Below, in pieces: positions 38,712 to 52,305 of a stretch of 64,000 nt of DNA (position 1 is its first letter; each line of letters starts with the position of its first letter). Source of the stretch: Octopus bimaculoides (lineage: Eukaryota); assembly GCF_001194135.2 (NCBI RefSeq), contig NC_068998.1, forward strand, positions 9,816,955 through 9,880,954. Direction: 5' to 3'. Made by a program: the position numbers and the translations under genes. The notes beneath the pieces were generated by a model. It was not told where the DNA came from, searched no databases, and worked only from the letters and a program-made list of their open reading frames with translations.

Positions 38712-39436
38712 TATTCACCTAAACAGTGCACGGACTACATTTTCTAGTTGCTTCTACTGGTAAACTATGTCTTCAGTTCAAGCTTTTATCTGAAACTCTT
38801 GTCTTCTGTCAGTCTGCCAGGGTCCCTCCTGTATATTTTTTCTTGCATACCATTGAATACACACACACATATAGAGAAAACTTTGATTTAGTCTGTAGTT
38901 CAGAGATAATTTGGGGGTCCCTTTTACACATAGCTCTTTGAACTCAACAACTAATTGAAGCTGAAACAAAAAAGAGAGGTGGGTGGTCCTTTTTTTTTTA
39001 TAAATTCTAGATATTAAAACCTGAAGTGTTAAACTCAGCAAAGGAGACCATTATTGCATGATTGTTTAGTTTTCGTGTTTCTTGAATTTTTTTTTTTTTT
39101 TTTTTGATTCTGCAGCAGATTGGAGATCAAATAAAAAAATAATTTACGAGTGCTCTTCATGTGGGAAGTTAAAAAAAAAACAAACTATTGATGCACTTCA
39201 CATGGGAAGATACAAAGAAGTATGTAAGGAAGTTTAAAATTTAGGAACGAAGAAAAATAAAGAAACAGAAGAAGAAACAAACTATTTCTCACCTTGTTTT
39301 GTTAATCACTAAAGATCTATGTCTGCATCTATATATCTATATGTAATTTCTGTGTAAGTATCTGTGTGTCTGTGCCTAATTTCTGTGTAAATATGCGCGC
39401 ATGTGTGTGTGTTTGTAGGTATATGTATGTATATGT

Positions 39437-40188
39437 AAGGCGGTGAGCTAGCAGAAACGTTAGCATGTTGGGCGAAATGCTTAGCGGTATTTCGTCTGCC
39501 GCTACGTTCTGAGTTCAAATTCCGCTGAGGTCAACTTTGCCTTTCATCCTTTCGGGGTCGATAAATTAAGTACCAGTTGCATACTGAGGTCAATGTAATC
39601 GACTTAATCCCTTTGTCTGTCCTTGTTTGTCCCCTCTATGTTTAGCCCCTTGTGGGCAATAAATAAATAAGAAAGGATTATTACTATTATTATTATTATT
39701 ATTATTATCATCATCATTATTATTAAGGCACCAAGCCGGCAGAATTGTTAGCATGCCAGGTGAAATGCTTGGCAGTATTTCATCTGCCGCTACATTCTGA
39801 GTTCAAATTCTGCCTAGGTCGACTTTACCTTTTATCGTTTCGGGGGTCTATAAATTAAGTATCAGTGAAAAACTGTGGTTCGATGTTATCAACTAGTCCC
39901 CCACCTTCCAAATTTCAGGCCTTGTGCCTTTATTAGAAAGGATCATTATTATTATTGTTATTATTATTATTATTATTATTTAGGGGACAGAATCATTAGC
40001 ATGTGGGACAAAACACTCCGTTGCATTTCTTCCGGCTCTATACATTCTGAATTCAAATTTTGCCCCATTGACTTTGCCTTTCATCTCTTTTGGGGTCAAT
40101 AAAATAAGTATCAGTTGAACACAGGGATCAATGTAATTGATTAGTCCCTTCCCTTAAAATTTCAGGCCTTGTGCCTATAGTAGAATGG

Positions 40189-40220
<32 letters not shown>
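39437..40220 (+). mobile_element. Three head-to-tail SINE family C copies separated by (ATT)n tails
   Basis: Units begin at about 39437, 39725 and 39981. Shared GTTCTGAGTTCAAATT..GACTTTGCCTTTCATC..GGGGTC.ATAAA.TAAGTA.CAG core, resembling recalled Deu/Nin-type SINE domains. Other copies near 3790-3950, 13365-13510, 18860-18970, 34230-34445, 41884-42025, 53650-53762. Confidence 0.85.
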
Positions 40221-40475
40221 GAGTTTTAATCAATTTTATTCTGTCCTTCTTGTCTGTGTAATCTTAATCTGATTTGATTGAGAGGTTTTAGAAAAACATG
40301 GATGTTTTAGATGGGAATACAATTGCGTCTGCTAACTACGGAAATTAAAACAAGTTTTGTGTGTATTTTTTATGTGTGCGTGTGTGTGTGTGTGTGTGTG
40401 CAAATAGGCATAAATGTATGCATGGAAATGTACATTCTTACAGACTGATTTTTCTTGCCCCAGGCAGGTCTGTTC

Positions 40476-40521
<46 letters not shown>

Positions 40522-40718
40522 GCTCATACACACGCACATGCACACACACACACACACACACACAAGCATACACATACAATGTGTATATGTATGTATATTA
40601 TGTGTGTCTATTTTTCATATCTATTTGTATATGTATAAATATAAGTATACATACATACACACATACATACATACACGTGTGTGTGTTTATATATATATAT
40701 ATATATAATGTATGTATA

Positions 40719-40815
<97 letters not shown>

Positions 40816-40959
40816 AGAGAGAGAGGGAGAGAGACAGAGATAAATAGGTAGATATACACACATGTGTGTCGTTTAATATTTATGCATGCGCGCACACACA
40901 CACATATACACACACCTGATTGGAGAGCTAGTGAAGAAAAATCCTCTCTGACACCGAAA

Positions 40960-41100
40960 ATTTCAAAGACTTTAAAAATTTGACTGGAAGCTTACAGAGA
41001 AATTATGACATTGACAGACTGTATATATATCTGAGAAGAAGGCAAAGACACAAGGGCTTAACATCATTCCAGACAGCATCAGTTGACTGAATGCCATATG
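40960..41100 (+). mobile_element. Very degenerate R4/Dong-like RT-downstream fragment
   Basis: Reading NLTGSLQRNYDIDRLYIYLRRRQRHKGLTS resembles the DIDRLY..R..GGRGL motif of this clade. Confidence 0.4.
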
Positions 41101-42641
41101 GCAGATATTTGATTAAAAGACTAGATCAAAAATCAATACATAGAGTGATAGAAATTAAGGAAATCAATATATTATGAATGGATTCTTCCAGAAATTCTAG
41201 AGATATGGAGATATATTCCATGTGACCCCCTCACTCCCCCCTCTCCCCCCNNNNNNNNNNNNNNNNNNNNNNNNNNNNNNNNNNNNNNNNNNNNNNNNNN
41301 NNNNNNNNNNNNNNNNNNNNNNNNNNNNNNNNNNNNNNNNNNNNNNNNNNNNNNNNNNNNNNNNNNNNNNNNNNNNNNNNNNNNNNNNNNNNNNNNNNNN
41401 NNNNNNNNNNNNNNNNNNNNNNNNNNNNNNNNNNNNNNNNNNNNNNNNNNNNNNNNNNNNNNNNNNNNNNNNNNNNNNNNNNNNNNNNNNNNNNNNNNNN
41501 NNNNNNNNNNNNNNNNNNNNNNNNNNNNNNNNNNNNNNNNNNNNNNNNNNNNNNNNNNNNNNNNNNNNNNNNNNNNNNNNNNNNNNNNNNNNNNNNNNNN
41601 NNNNNNNNNNNNNNNNNNNNNNNNNNNNNNATATATAGATACACACACACACGCACATGCACACGCACATGCACATACACACACACGCGCATGCACACAC
41701 ACACGCATGCACACACACACACACGCACGCACACACACACACACATACAAACACTTGTATGTAAATATACATATTTATTTCATGCTTTGTCAAGGAATGG
41801 TGCATTGTACGAGAATTTTTGACTTGAGTCAAATATACCAAATGACAAATTGTTGTTAGAGCATCTGCATATGTGAAACTTGAATCGACCCCGAAAGGAT
41901 GAAAGGCCAAGTCGACCTCGGCAGAATTTGAACTCAGAACGTAGCGGCAGACGAAATACCGCTAAGCATTTCGTCCGGCCTGCTAACGTTTCCATCATTT
42001 CGCCGCCTTCTTTCTGCCAGCTCGCCGGGCTTCTTTCAGTTTCTGCCTACCAAATCCACTCACAAGGCTTTGGTTGGCCCTAGGCTGTAGTAGAAGACAC
42101 TTGCACAATGTGCTGTGCAGTAGTAGGACTGAACCCAGAACAATGTGCTTCGGAAGCAATCCTCTTACCACGTAGCCACATCAACACCTTGATTACTATT
42201 TTCAAAAGGAAATTCCTTATGGAGTTTTATAAATAAAAGTTATGCTGATCTAAACAACCTACATATTGTAATTGCTTGTTATGAAAAGTCAGCGAACCAT
42301 TTACAAGCATGTGTTAATTAATTTTAAAGAATTTGGGAAAATAGATAGAATGCATTTAGCGTTTGATAAAGAGAACATAAAGAAGTTTTGAAAAACTGAG
42401 ATATCTTGAAAAGATTGATTAAAGTAGCATGCTTCTGGAAATGTAAGAAAAGTTGGCTTTTCATGGCCATTCTTGAAAGGAATTATCTGAAAACAGAGAT
42501 AACTATTAGGAAATAGCCTTTTGTCACAGAGATTTCGATAAAAAGAAACTACAAAATCATTTCAAAACTAGTTGTTATCAACTATTCAGTGTGATCTAAT
42601 TAAGTCAATTAACGCAATTCTTTTCACCCAAATTAAAAAAG

Positions 42642-43004
42642 GAGGTGCAGGTATAGGTGTTTGGTTAGGAAATATGATTTCCGACCTCATGGTTCCAGGT
42701 TCAGTCCCTCTGTGTAGCACCTTGGGCAAGTGTCTTCCATTATTGCCCCAGCCTGACCAAGGCCTTATGAGTGGATTTAGGTGATAGAAACTGAAAGAAG
42801 CTCATCATATCTATCTGTATGTGTGTGTGTGTGTGTGTGTAGGTGCAGGTGTGGTTGTGTGGTAACAAGCCTGCTTCCTAACCGCATGGTTCTGGGTTCA
42901 GTCCCACTCTGTGGTACCTTGGGCAAGAGTATTCTACTATAAGCTCGGGCCAACCATAGCCTTGTGAGTGGATTTGGTAGGTGGAAACTGAAAGAAACCT
43001 ATTG

Positions 43005-43042
<38 letters not shown>

Positions 43043-43148
43043 NNNNNNNNNNTAAATCCTGGGGTTGATTTCTTCGACTAAAACCCTTTAAGGCAGTGCT
43101 TCAGCATGGTCGCAGTCAAATGACTGAAACAAGTAAAAGAATAAAAGA

Positions 43149-43150
<2 letters not shown>
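42642..43150 (+). mobile_element. Two tandem family A 5' halves (42642-42810, 42841-43010) followed by a 3' tail
   Basis: Head and core repeated twice, each ending in a microsatellite; tail after a 10-N gap. Confidence 0.82.
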
Positions 43151-43188
<38 letters not shown>

Positions 43189-43892
43189 TTGTTTTGAGAA
43201 AGAAGATTGATTAGAAATTCTCTCACAATGTAGAAGTTTGGACTTAGACATGCTCATGTTTTGCTCAAGAGTAACTTGAGACGAAAGATATAAATATGTA
43301 ATGTGAAAGAACAAAAGACTTTGTAATTCAGTCCGCAAACTTGACTCCACTTAGAAATGGATTTAAAGAACAAATGTACATGGTAGAATAAGAATATATA
43401 AATACAGACATTCTTTTAAAAATTTATAAACAAATAAATGTGTTAAAAATATATACGTGTAAATTGATAGATTTTAAAAGAATCTTCGGATGGAGGCATA
43501 AAAATGTTAAAACATGCGTGTATAGGTAAAAATATTGGCGAAAGTCTGAAGTGGTGATGGAAGCGAAATAAAAGATACAATGAGGTGCTTTTTTGCACGC
43601 CACTGGCATGGGACCAATCAGGCAGCACTGATATCGACCATGTTCATATAGTGCATTTTACATACCACTGCCACAGGAGCCAGTACGGTGGGGTTGGCTT
43701 TGACCACGCTCAAATGGGGCTTAAATTGAAGATATAATCATTAAAATGATTATATCAGTGGCCAGCATATAAAAAAACCCATCATATTGGTAAAATGACT
43801 GAAACCAATAAAAGAATATATATATATATATTTCGTTTTTGGATTTGGTTTGCAAGATTCTTCATGTGAGTTTGTGTGTTGAAAGCATATTT

Positions 43893-44067
43893 TGTTGTGT
43901 CTGGAGAGAGTCATTCTCTTTTGGTGCCTTATTATTTCACACACTCACTGGTAAAGTGTGAAAAATAAGTAAATAAAGAAATAGATAAATAAATGAGTGG
44001 AAACTTTACCAGTGAGTGTGTTAAATAATAAGGTACTAAAAGAGAATGACTCTCCCTAGACACAACA
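43893..44067. repeat. Inverted repeat, 65-bp arms, 45-nt AT-rich spacer
   Basis: 43893-43957 vs 44003-44067: 60/65 Watson-Crick, 63/65 counting G-U. Confidence 0.92.
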
Positions 44068-44519
44068 GGTTGGTGCTGATGGTTGTATTTAGGTTATTAG
44101 GTCCTTTCTAAAAATCAACCTACCCATGCTGTAGCCATTCCTACTGTGAGGGCCAGGTTCACTATCATCTCATTACAATCCAAATATATCAGCTCTTGTA
44201 AGCTTTTTAAGATGTTCTTCAAGATAGAAAAATCCTCTCAGTTCAAAGGGTTCCACTCCATTTTTAACTGTTTACCCCCCCCCTTTTGGGGGGGGGGGTT
44301 ACAATATTTTTGTTGAGATACACTGCTTTTTGTTTTTTTCGATTAATTTTGGAAATAATGAAGAATTTATTAAAATAACTGCCTCGTTATTAAAGCTGGT
44401 GTTTTGGAACTTAATAAAAAAAGAAAACACGGAACTTTATTGGAAGATTTTAATTTAGATCAGTTTAGAACAGGAAGTTTGTATCATAGAACCAGTAAGG
44501 ATGATAAAGATGACAATGG

Positions 44520-44550
<31 letters not shown>

Positions 44551-44734
44551 AGTAGTAGTAGTAGTATCAGGTGGGCTGGTGTCAAAAGGGTTAACTCTTT
44601 AATTTATTAATAAAGTTAGCTGCCAAGAACGTTCAGATTACTCAGTCAAATGTATGGCTTATTTATTCACCATTGCTTTGAATTAATAATCATGCATTTA
44701 TCTCATACACATACATATATATATATACATATAT

Positions 44735-44925
44735 ACGACAGGCTTCTTTCAGTTTCCATCTACCAAATCCACTCACAAGGCTTTGGTCAGCCCAAGGCTA
44801 TAGTAGAAGGCACTTGCCCAAGATGCCACGCAGTGGGAGTGAACCTGGAACCATGTGGTTGGGAAGCAAGCTTCTTAGCACACAGCCACTCCTGCACCTA
44901 GCTTCTTAGTACACAGCCACTCCTG

Positions 44926-44930
<5 letters not shown>
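44735..44930 (-). mobile_element. SINE family A, 5' half with a ~30-bp tandem duplication of its 5' end
   Basis: AGCTTCTTAG(C/T)ACACAGCCACTCCTGCAC occurs twice. Confidence 0.85.
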
Positions 44931-44964
<34 letters not shown>

Positions 44965-45600
44965 GCCTATATATATATACATATGCCTATATAGATATCT
45001 ATGTATATACATATTGTTTTACCTCTCTTTCTCTCTCTCCCTATATATATGTGTGTGTGTGTGTGTGTGTAGGTATATTTACATTATAAGTGTATATGCT
45101 TTTAAAAGCATCTGACCATGTTGCGATGTAGGATTTATAAGTCTTCCCTTAGAGTTCCATCCACGTATCCAAACGGATGATGATGGTTGCTGGTTGCTTA
45201 TATAACATTTCTATAACAATCAGGATTCTCTGTCTTGTTTGAAGTAGCAGCTTTGAAGAACTGGAACTGTGATGTTGGAGTTTGACCTCTTATTATGCCT
45301 AGAATAATGCATATTGTCATTTATGAATGTTTCTTTGAATTAATGATCTATATTTGCTTTATGATGTGGATATACAAATGTGTGTGTGTGTGTGTTTATA
45401 TGCATGTATTAGTACGAGTGGTTATATGCATACTTACGTAATGTAATGTGTGTTAGTATGCATATGGTTGTATTTGTATATATGTGTATATATGTACATG
45501 TTTGTATGTGTGTGTGTCTGTGTGTGTATATATATATGCATGTGTATGCATTTCAATATAGATGCATGTGTTTGTAAACATGCATACATACTATACATGT

Positions 45601-45645
<45 letters not shown>

Positions 45646-46856
45646 TATATACATCTATGTATATAGGTTTGTGTGTACATATATGTATATATACATATAT
45701 AAAATGCATATATGTATGTGTGTGTGTGTGTGTCTATGTGGAGAATGTTAATTGTGCGTTTATGTATATGAGTGTAAGTTTTTGTGTGTATGCATGCATG
45801 AATGTGTGTGTGTGTGTGTAAGTAGATTAAGCTGTGAACCTTTGCATTTGTTAGTGCAGACAGCAATGTTTCAGATTTCATTCTGAAATAAAAGCAATCA
45901 GTGCTGTCCCATATATGTATTGTTAAATAAATGTAAAACTTAAGTTCTGTCATGTTTGTTTTAGGCAGCTTCGTAAATAATCACATTTTTTTTATCTTAG
46001 TCTCACTCAAACTATCTTGCAGTCAATAAATACAACAGATTCTTTATTACTAATTTAATAAATTTGTATCGTGCTATAATGTATATTGTATTGAAGCTGG
46101 CTTTATTTTATTTTTCATGAAAGATAATTAAAAAAAAAAAATGGCTCCCAGATTACTTTTGAATTAATAATGGACTTTCAAGTTGTAATGGACATACCTA
46201 CCCATCCTTTTATCTGTTAAATCACAGGCTCATAACAATGTGTACATGTGTGTCGATGTATATACATGTATGTTTGTATATATGTATGTATGTATGTATG
46301 TGTATATATATGTTTGTATGTATGTGATTTTTTTTTTTAAAGCCAAAACAATGTAAGCTTAAAATATAAAATACAGGTCAATGGTTAACACTATTTATTC
46401 TTTTATTCTCTTCTGCACTTCGGCCCATAGGCTGTGGGCATGCTGTAGCTTTTGGTGAAGGAAGGAGTTTGACATATGAATATATATATATATATGCATG
46501 TATATATATGCATACGTATATGCATATATATATATATATATATATATGCATATATTCATATGCATATATATATGAATATATATATATATATATATATATG
46601 CATGTACATATATATGTATACATATACGGGTACAGGATGTCACCAACAGTAAACAACATGAATATGAAAACAAATGGGTTCAGTACACAAACAACAAGAG
46701 AAACAAATGGCAAACAGGACAAGTAACATAAAGAACAACCCTTCATCAGTTGTCGGCTGGCTATCTACTCCTCATTTTGAGAAGTTTATCGTTATCTATT
46801 TATCTACCTACATGCCTGTCTGACTGCCTAGCACCCTGCTTCCCTGCCTATCTATC

Positions 46857-46900
<44 letters not shown>

Positions 46901-47326
46901 TATGATGAAGATTTTTTTTTTTTTTTAATCAGCGGTGATTGTTTACTTTGTAGTTCTGCTGATATTGGCTTCTGAAAAACAGAGAAAACAGTGAAAACAG
47001 TCTCTGTTTTGAGAAGCAAGCATTATTGACACTTCAAAGTAAACTAAAGTAACCATTGATAATAATGAATATCATTGTGACTCTACAATCAGTATTGAGT
47101 TCTTTGTTCAGTCTATGTTTTGTGTATTTATGTACACAAATCTATAAAATATGTGATTATAATTTAATGATTATATTGATATAATATATATATATATAAA
47201 ATTGTATACACATATATATAATTGTATACACATATATATAACTATATATGTTTACGGTGGTGCACCAGCATGACCGCAGCCACTTGGCTGAAACACATAA
47301 ATAAATAAATAAATATATATATATAT

Positions 47327-47367
<41 letters not shown>

Positions 47368-47582
47368 NNNNNNNNNNNNNNNNNNNNNNNNNNNNNNNNN
47401 NNNNNNNNNNNNNNNNNNNNNNNNNNNNNNNNNNNNNNNNNNNNNNNNNNNNNATACATACACACACATATATATATATATATATAAAATTATATATATA
47501 TATATATATATATACATACACACACATATATATATATATATATAAAATTAAATACATACATACATACATACACACATACATG

Positions 47583-47613
<31 letters not shown>

Positions 47614-48067
47614 CTAGGTGGTGCTATTAAGTTAGACATGGCCTGAGCCTATACTGGTTGAAACGTATCTTATATATAAAATTACATACATACATTCATA
47701 TATGTGTGTGTGTGTCTGTGTCTGTGTGTATAATTTACATACACATATTGAGACACTCGTATATAATATACAAGGTGATATCTTCCTGTGTACTTCTGTC
47801 AGTCAGTCTGTTGAGTTAATTATCTATCTGTCTGTGTGTCTGTATCTATATACCTGTGTATCTATATACCTGTTTTTCTGTCTGTCTGTCTGTCTGTTTA
47901 TCTGTCTGTTTGTCTATCTGTCTACTTGCCTGCCCCCACTCTCTGACTGTCTATCTATCTGTCTACCTCTCTGACTCTCTGTTTATCTTATTTGTCTATA
48001 TGTCTATTTTTCTGGCTGTCTGTCCGTCTCTCTGTATGTCTGTACCCTCTCTGTCTGTCTGCCCCTG

Positions 48068-48105
<38 letters not shown>

Positions 48106-48377
48106 GGTGTGTATATATCTATCTGTCTGTTTGTCTGCCTGCCTGATCACTTTATTTTATTCTTTTACTGGTTTCAGTCATTAGACTGTGGCCATGCTGG
48201 TGCACTGTCAGCAGTGTATTAGTTGATCATATTGACTCCTGTACAAAGTATTCATTTCATCATTCTCTAACTGTGAAATTGCACCAAACCCCGTGTACTG
48301 TAGAAGTGTTTTCTGCTATAGCTTTGGGCTGACCAAAGCCTTGTGAGTAGATTTGGTTGACAGAAACTAAAGAAGCA

Positions 48378-48408
<31 letters not shown>

Positions 48409-49367
48409 CAAGGCGCCACATTCAGAAGTAGAAAGACATTTATTAAGGACTGCTTTTCCGGGGAAGAAATGAGGGAGTCATCCTCAGATGAGGCACCTCA
48501 AACAAATTCCTGACATTGAACAGTCATGGGCAAACTGTGCTCTGTGAGACTTTCTGAATGACATGCTTAATGAAAAATTACCTTAAAATGTCTCAGTTGT
48601 GAGGCCTGCCTGATGGTGACCCATGTTTCACACAGCTCATTTCTTGAAAAAGGTGGTCCATCCCTGCCATNNNNNNNNNNNNNNNNNNNNNNNNNNNNNN
48701 NNNNNNNNNNNNNNNNNNNNNNNNNNNNNNNNNNNNNNNNNNNNNNNNNNNNNNNNNNNNNNNNNNNNNNNNNNNNNNNNNNNNNNNNNNNNNNNNNNNN
48801 NNNNNNNNNNNNNNNNNNNNNNNNNNNNNNNNNNNNNNNNNNNNNNNNNNNNNNNNNNNNNNNNNNNNNNNNNNNNNNNNNNNNNNNNNNNNNNNNNNNN
48901 NNNNNNNNNNNNNNNNNNNNNNNNNNNNNNNNNNNNNNNNNNNNNNNNNNNNNNNNNNNNNNNNNNNNNNNNNNNNNNNNNNNNNNNNNNNNNNNNNNNN
49001 NNNNNNNNNNNNNNNNNNNNNNNNNNNNNNNNNNNNNNNNNNNNNNNNNNNNNNNNNNNNNNNNNNNNNNNNNNNNNNNNNNNNNNNNNNNNNNNNNNNN
49101 NNNNNNNNNNNNNNNNNNNNNNNNNNNNNNNNGTGGGGTAATGAAATAATGATGGAAATAAGTACGAAAATATAAATCTTCTGTACAAGTGCATATACAT
49201 ACGCAAAGATGTATGTCTAACTATATGTGTACATACATACATATATATATATTTACATATCTAAATATATACATAAGTATATGTGTGTGTGTGTATGTAT
49301 GTGTGTATATCAACTTCAACCTTATTAACATTTAATGCGTATTTTCCTTGTTGACATGGGTTGATAA

Positions 49368-49404
<37 letters not shown>

Positions 49405-49536
49405 NNNNNNNNNNNNNNNNNNNNNNNNNNNNNNNNNNNNNNNNNNNNNNNNNNNNNNNNNNNNNNNNNNNNNNNNNNNNNNNNNNNNNNNNNNNNNNNN
49501 NNNNNNNNNNNNNNNNNNNNNNNNNNNNNNNCATAC

Positions 49537-49577
<41 letters not shown>

Positions 49578-49988
49578 CACACACACATGTATATATATAT
49601 ACACACACATACATGCATGCATCATACACATGTGTATGTATATAGATAGACTTTAAGGAGAGGTGGGGATATGCAAATTACACCCAAAGATCAAATGGTA
49701 AACATCAAGATTAACATCTGTTTAATTCAGATTGAAAGGACAGAATTGATCCCACAGTCAGTAACATGTGGTAGAAAGATACACCCTCCAAACCCTCTCT
49801 CTCTTATGCACATACACACTATACATACATGCATACACATACATACATCCACCCATCCACCAACACACACACATACACATGTATATACAGTGTGTGTATA
49901 TGCATACACAAATACACATGTATATTTAACTATATATGTATATCTATCTTTCTATCTGTCTGTCTATTTATCTATCCACATATATATA

Positions 49989-50020
<32 letters not shown>

Positions 50021-50069
50021 CATACATTTTAATGTTTGTTTTCCATGTTGATATGGGTTGTGTGTGTGC

Positions 50070-50106
<37 letters not shown>

Positions 50107-50181
50107 TATACATATGTATGTATATAGGTGTGTATATATACATGTATGCCAGCATAGAAGGTGGATGTTAAACGACGACGA

Positions 50182-50216
<35 letters not shown>

Positions 50217-51217
50217 NNNNNNNNNNNNNNNNNNNNNNNNNNNNNNNNNNNNNNNNNNNNNNNNNNNNNNNNNNNNNNNNNNNNNNNNNNNNNNNNNNNN
50301 NNNNNNNNNNNNNNNNNNNNNNNNNNNNNNNNNNNNNNNNNNNNNNNNNNNNNNNNNNNNNNNNNNNNNNNNNNNNNNNNNNNNNNNNNNNNNNNNNNNN
50401 NNNNNNNNNNNNNNNNNNNNNNNNNNNNNNNNNNNNNNNNNNNNNNNNNNNNNNNNNNNNNNNNNNNNNNNNNNNNNNNNNNNNNNNNNNNNNNNNNNNN
50501 NNNNNNNNNNNNNNNNNNNNNNNNNNNNNNNNNNNNNNNNNNNNNNNNNNNNNNNNNNNNNNNNNNNNNNNNNNNNNNNNNNNNNNNNNNNNNNNNNNNN
50601 NNNNNNNNNNNNNNNNNNNNNNNNNNNNNNNNNNNNNNNNNNNNNNNNNNNNNNNNNNNNNNNNNNNNNNNNNNNNNNNNNNNNNNNNNNNNNNNNNNNN
50701 NNNNNNNNNNNNNNNNNNNNNNNNNNNNNNNNNNNNNNNNNNNNNNNNNNNNNNNNNNNNNNNNNNNNNNNNNNNNNNNNNNNNNNNNNNNNNNNNNNNN
50801 NNNNNNNNNNNNNNNNNNNNNNNNNNNNNNNNNNNNNNNNNNNNNNNNNNNNNNNNNNNNNNNNNNNNNNNNNNNNNNNNNNNNNNNNNNNNNNNNNNNN
50901 NNNNNNNNNNNNNNNNNNNNNNNNNNNNNNNNNNNNNNNNNNNNNNNNNNNNNNNNNNNNNNNNNNNNNNNNNNNNNNNNNNNNNNNNNNNNNNNNNNNN
51001 NNNNNNNNNNNNNNNNNNNNNNNNNNNNNNNNNNNNNNNNNNNNNNNNNNNNNNNNNNNNNNNNNNNNNNNNNNNNNNNNNNNNNNNNNNNNNNNNNNNN
51101 NNNNNNNNNNNNNNNNNNNNNNNNNNNNNNNNNNNNNNNNNNNNNNNNNNNNNNNNNNNNNNNNNNNNNNNNNNNNNNNNNNNNNNNNNNNNNNNNNNNN
51201 NNNNNNNNNNNNNNNNG

Positions 51218-51560
51218 AGAAGGAGAGCCTGGGAGAGAGAGAGAAAGACATTGAGAGAGAGAAAATGAGAAAGAGAGAGAAAGAGAAGAGACAGAGGATG
51301 AGAAACCAGTAGAGAAAGGGAGAGAGAGATGGAGGGAGGGAGCCTGGGAGAGAGAGAGAAAGACATTGAGAGGGAGAAAAGTGAGAAAGAGACAGAAAGA
51401 GAAGAGACAGAGGATGAGAAACCAGTAGAGAAAGGGAGCCTGGGAGAGAGAGAGAAAGACATGGAGAGGGAGAAAAGTGAGAGAGAGAGAGAGAAAGAGA
51501 AGGGAGACAGAGGATGAGAGACCAGTAGAGAAGTGGAGAGAGAGAGAGAGAAGAGAAAGG
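51218..51560 (+). repeat. Purine-rich minisatellite, ~95-115-bp unit, at least 3 copies
   Basis: GAGCCTGGGAGAGAGAGAGAAAGACA..GAGACAGAGGATGAGA.ACCAGTAGAGAA repeated; follows a 1-kb gap. Confidence 0.9.
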
Positions 51561-52266
51561 GGAGAAGGGGAGAGAGAGAAAGGGGAGTGGGGTGAGTGAA
51601 TCTTTATCTACAAAGTAGAGAATAGTATGAATCTTATTAATGTCTTGCCCAAACACTCTGTCCCCCTTCCCCCCTCTTTCACACACACGAACACACACAC
51701 ACACACACATACACATACATACAATGGTGGTGGGGGAGGATGTTTTTATCTTGTTTTTTACTGCTTTTGTTTTTATTGTTTCTTTGTTGCCTATTGTTCC
51801 TGTTGGCTTTGATGCTTTGTTATTGCTGTTGTTTTTTTAGCCCCAGGTCATCTCTGATGGGATACACACATGACCAAAAGCATTCCAGTTTTGACCATCC
51901 CATCATTTCCTTTTCCCCTTTTTCTTTTTGCCCCATCCACATACCTACTGCCCCATCCACATACCTACAACTCCATCATCAAATGTGTCCTTTGTCCTTT
52001 TCCTTAAGATGATAGGGTACGAAATCAAGGCAATCTGGCTGCTATTTCTAGCTGGTTAAGAAACCCCATAGAGGCTTGCTTATTTTCTTATATTATTTTG
52101 TGTTTTTTTTTCTTTTGTTATTGCTGCTATTTATGTCAAACTAATGTTCAGGTTCAGCTGTACTGGAAAAGCCCTACCACACACACTATGTAGATAGTGT
52201 GTACTATGCATGTACATATGTGTCTGTCTGTCTGTCTGTCTGTCTGTCTACTAGCTATCACCTATC

Positions 52267-52305
<39 letters not shown>

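Noticed and set aside
44274-44300. C9-T4-G11 mini-hairpin or G-quadruplex
   Set aside because: Homopolymer runs at the edge of a degenerate repeat (possibly piggyBac-like, ending AAAGGGTTAA near 44594); expected by chance and error-prone in assembly.
46625-46790. CTGATGAAGGG on the minus strand as a fourth hammerhead
   Set aside because: No stem II or GAAAC follows at a suitable distance.
49968-51716. Longest ORFs in the track (357-582 aa) and others at 7.1, 16.1, 26.0, 28.1, 41.2, 48.6, 52.2 and 56.9 kb
   Set aside because: Open only because they run through N gaps and microsatellites.
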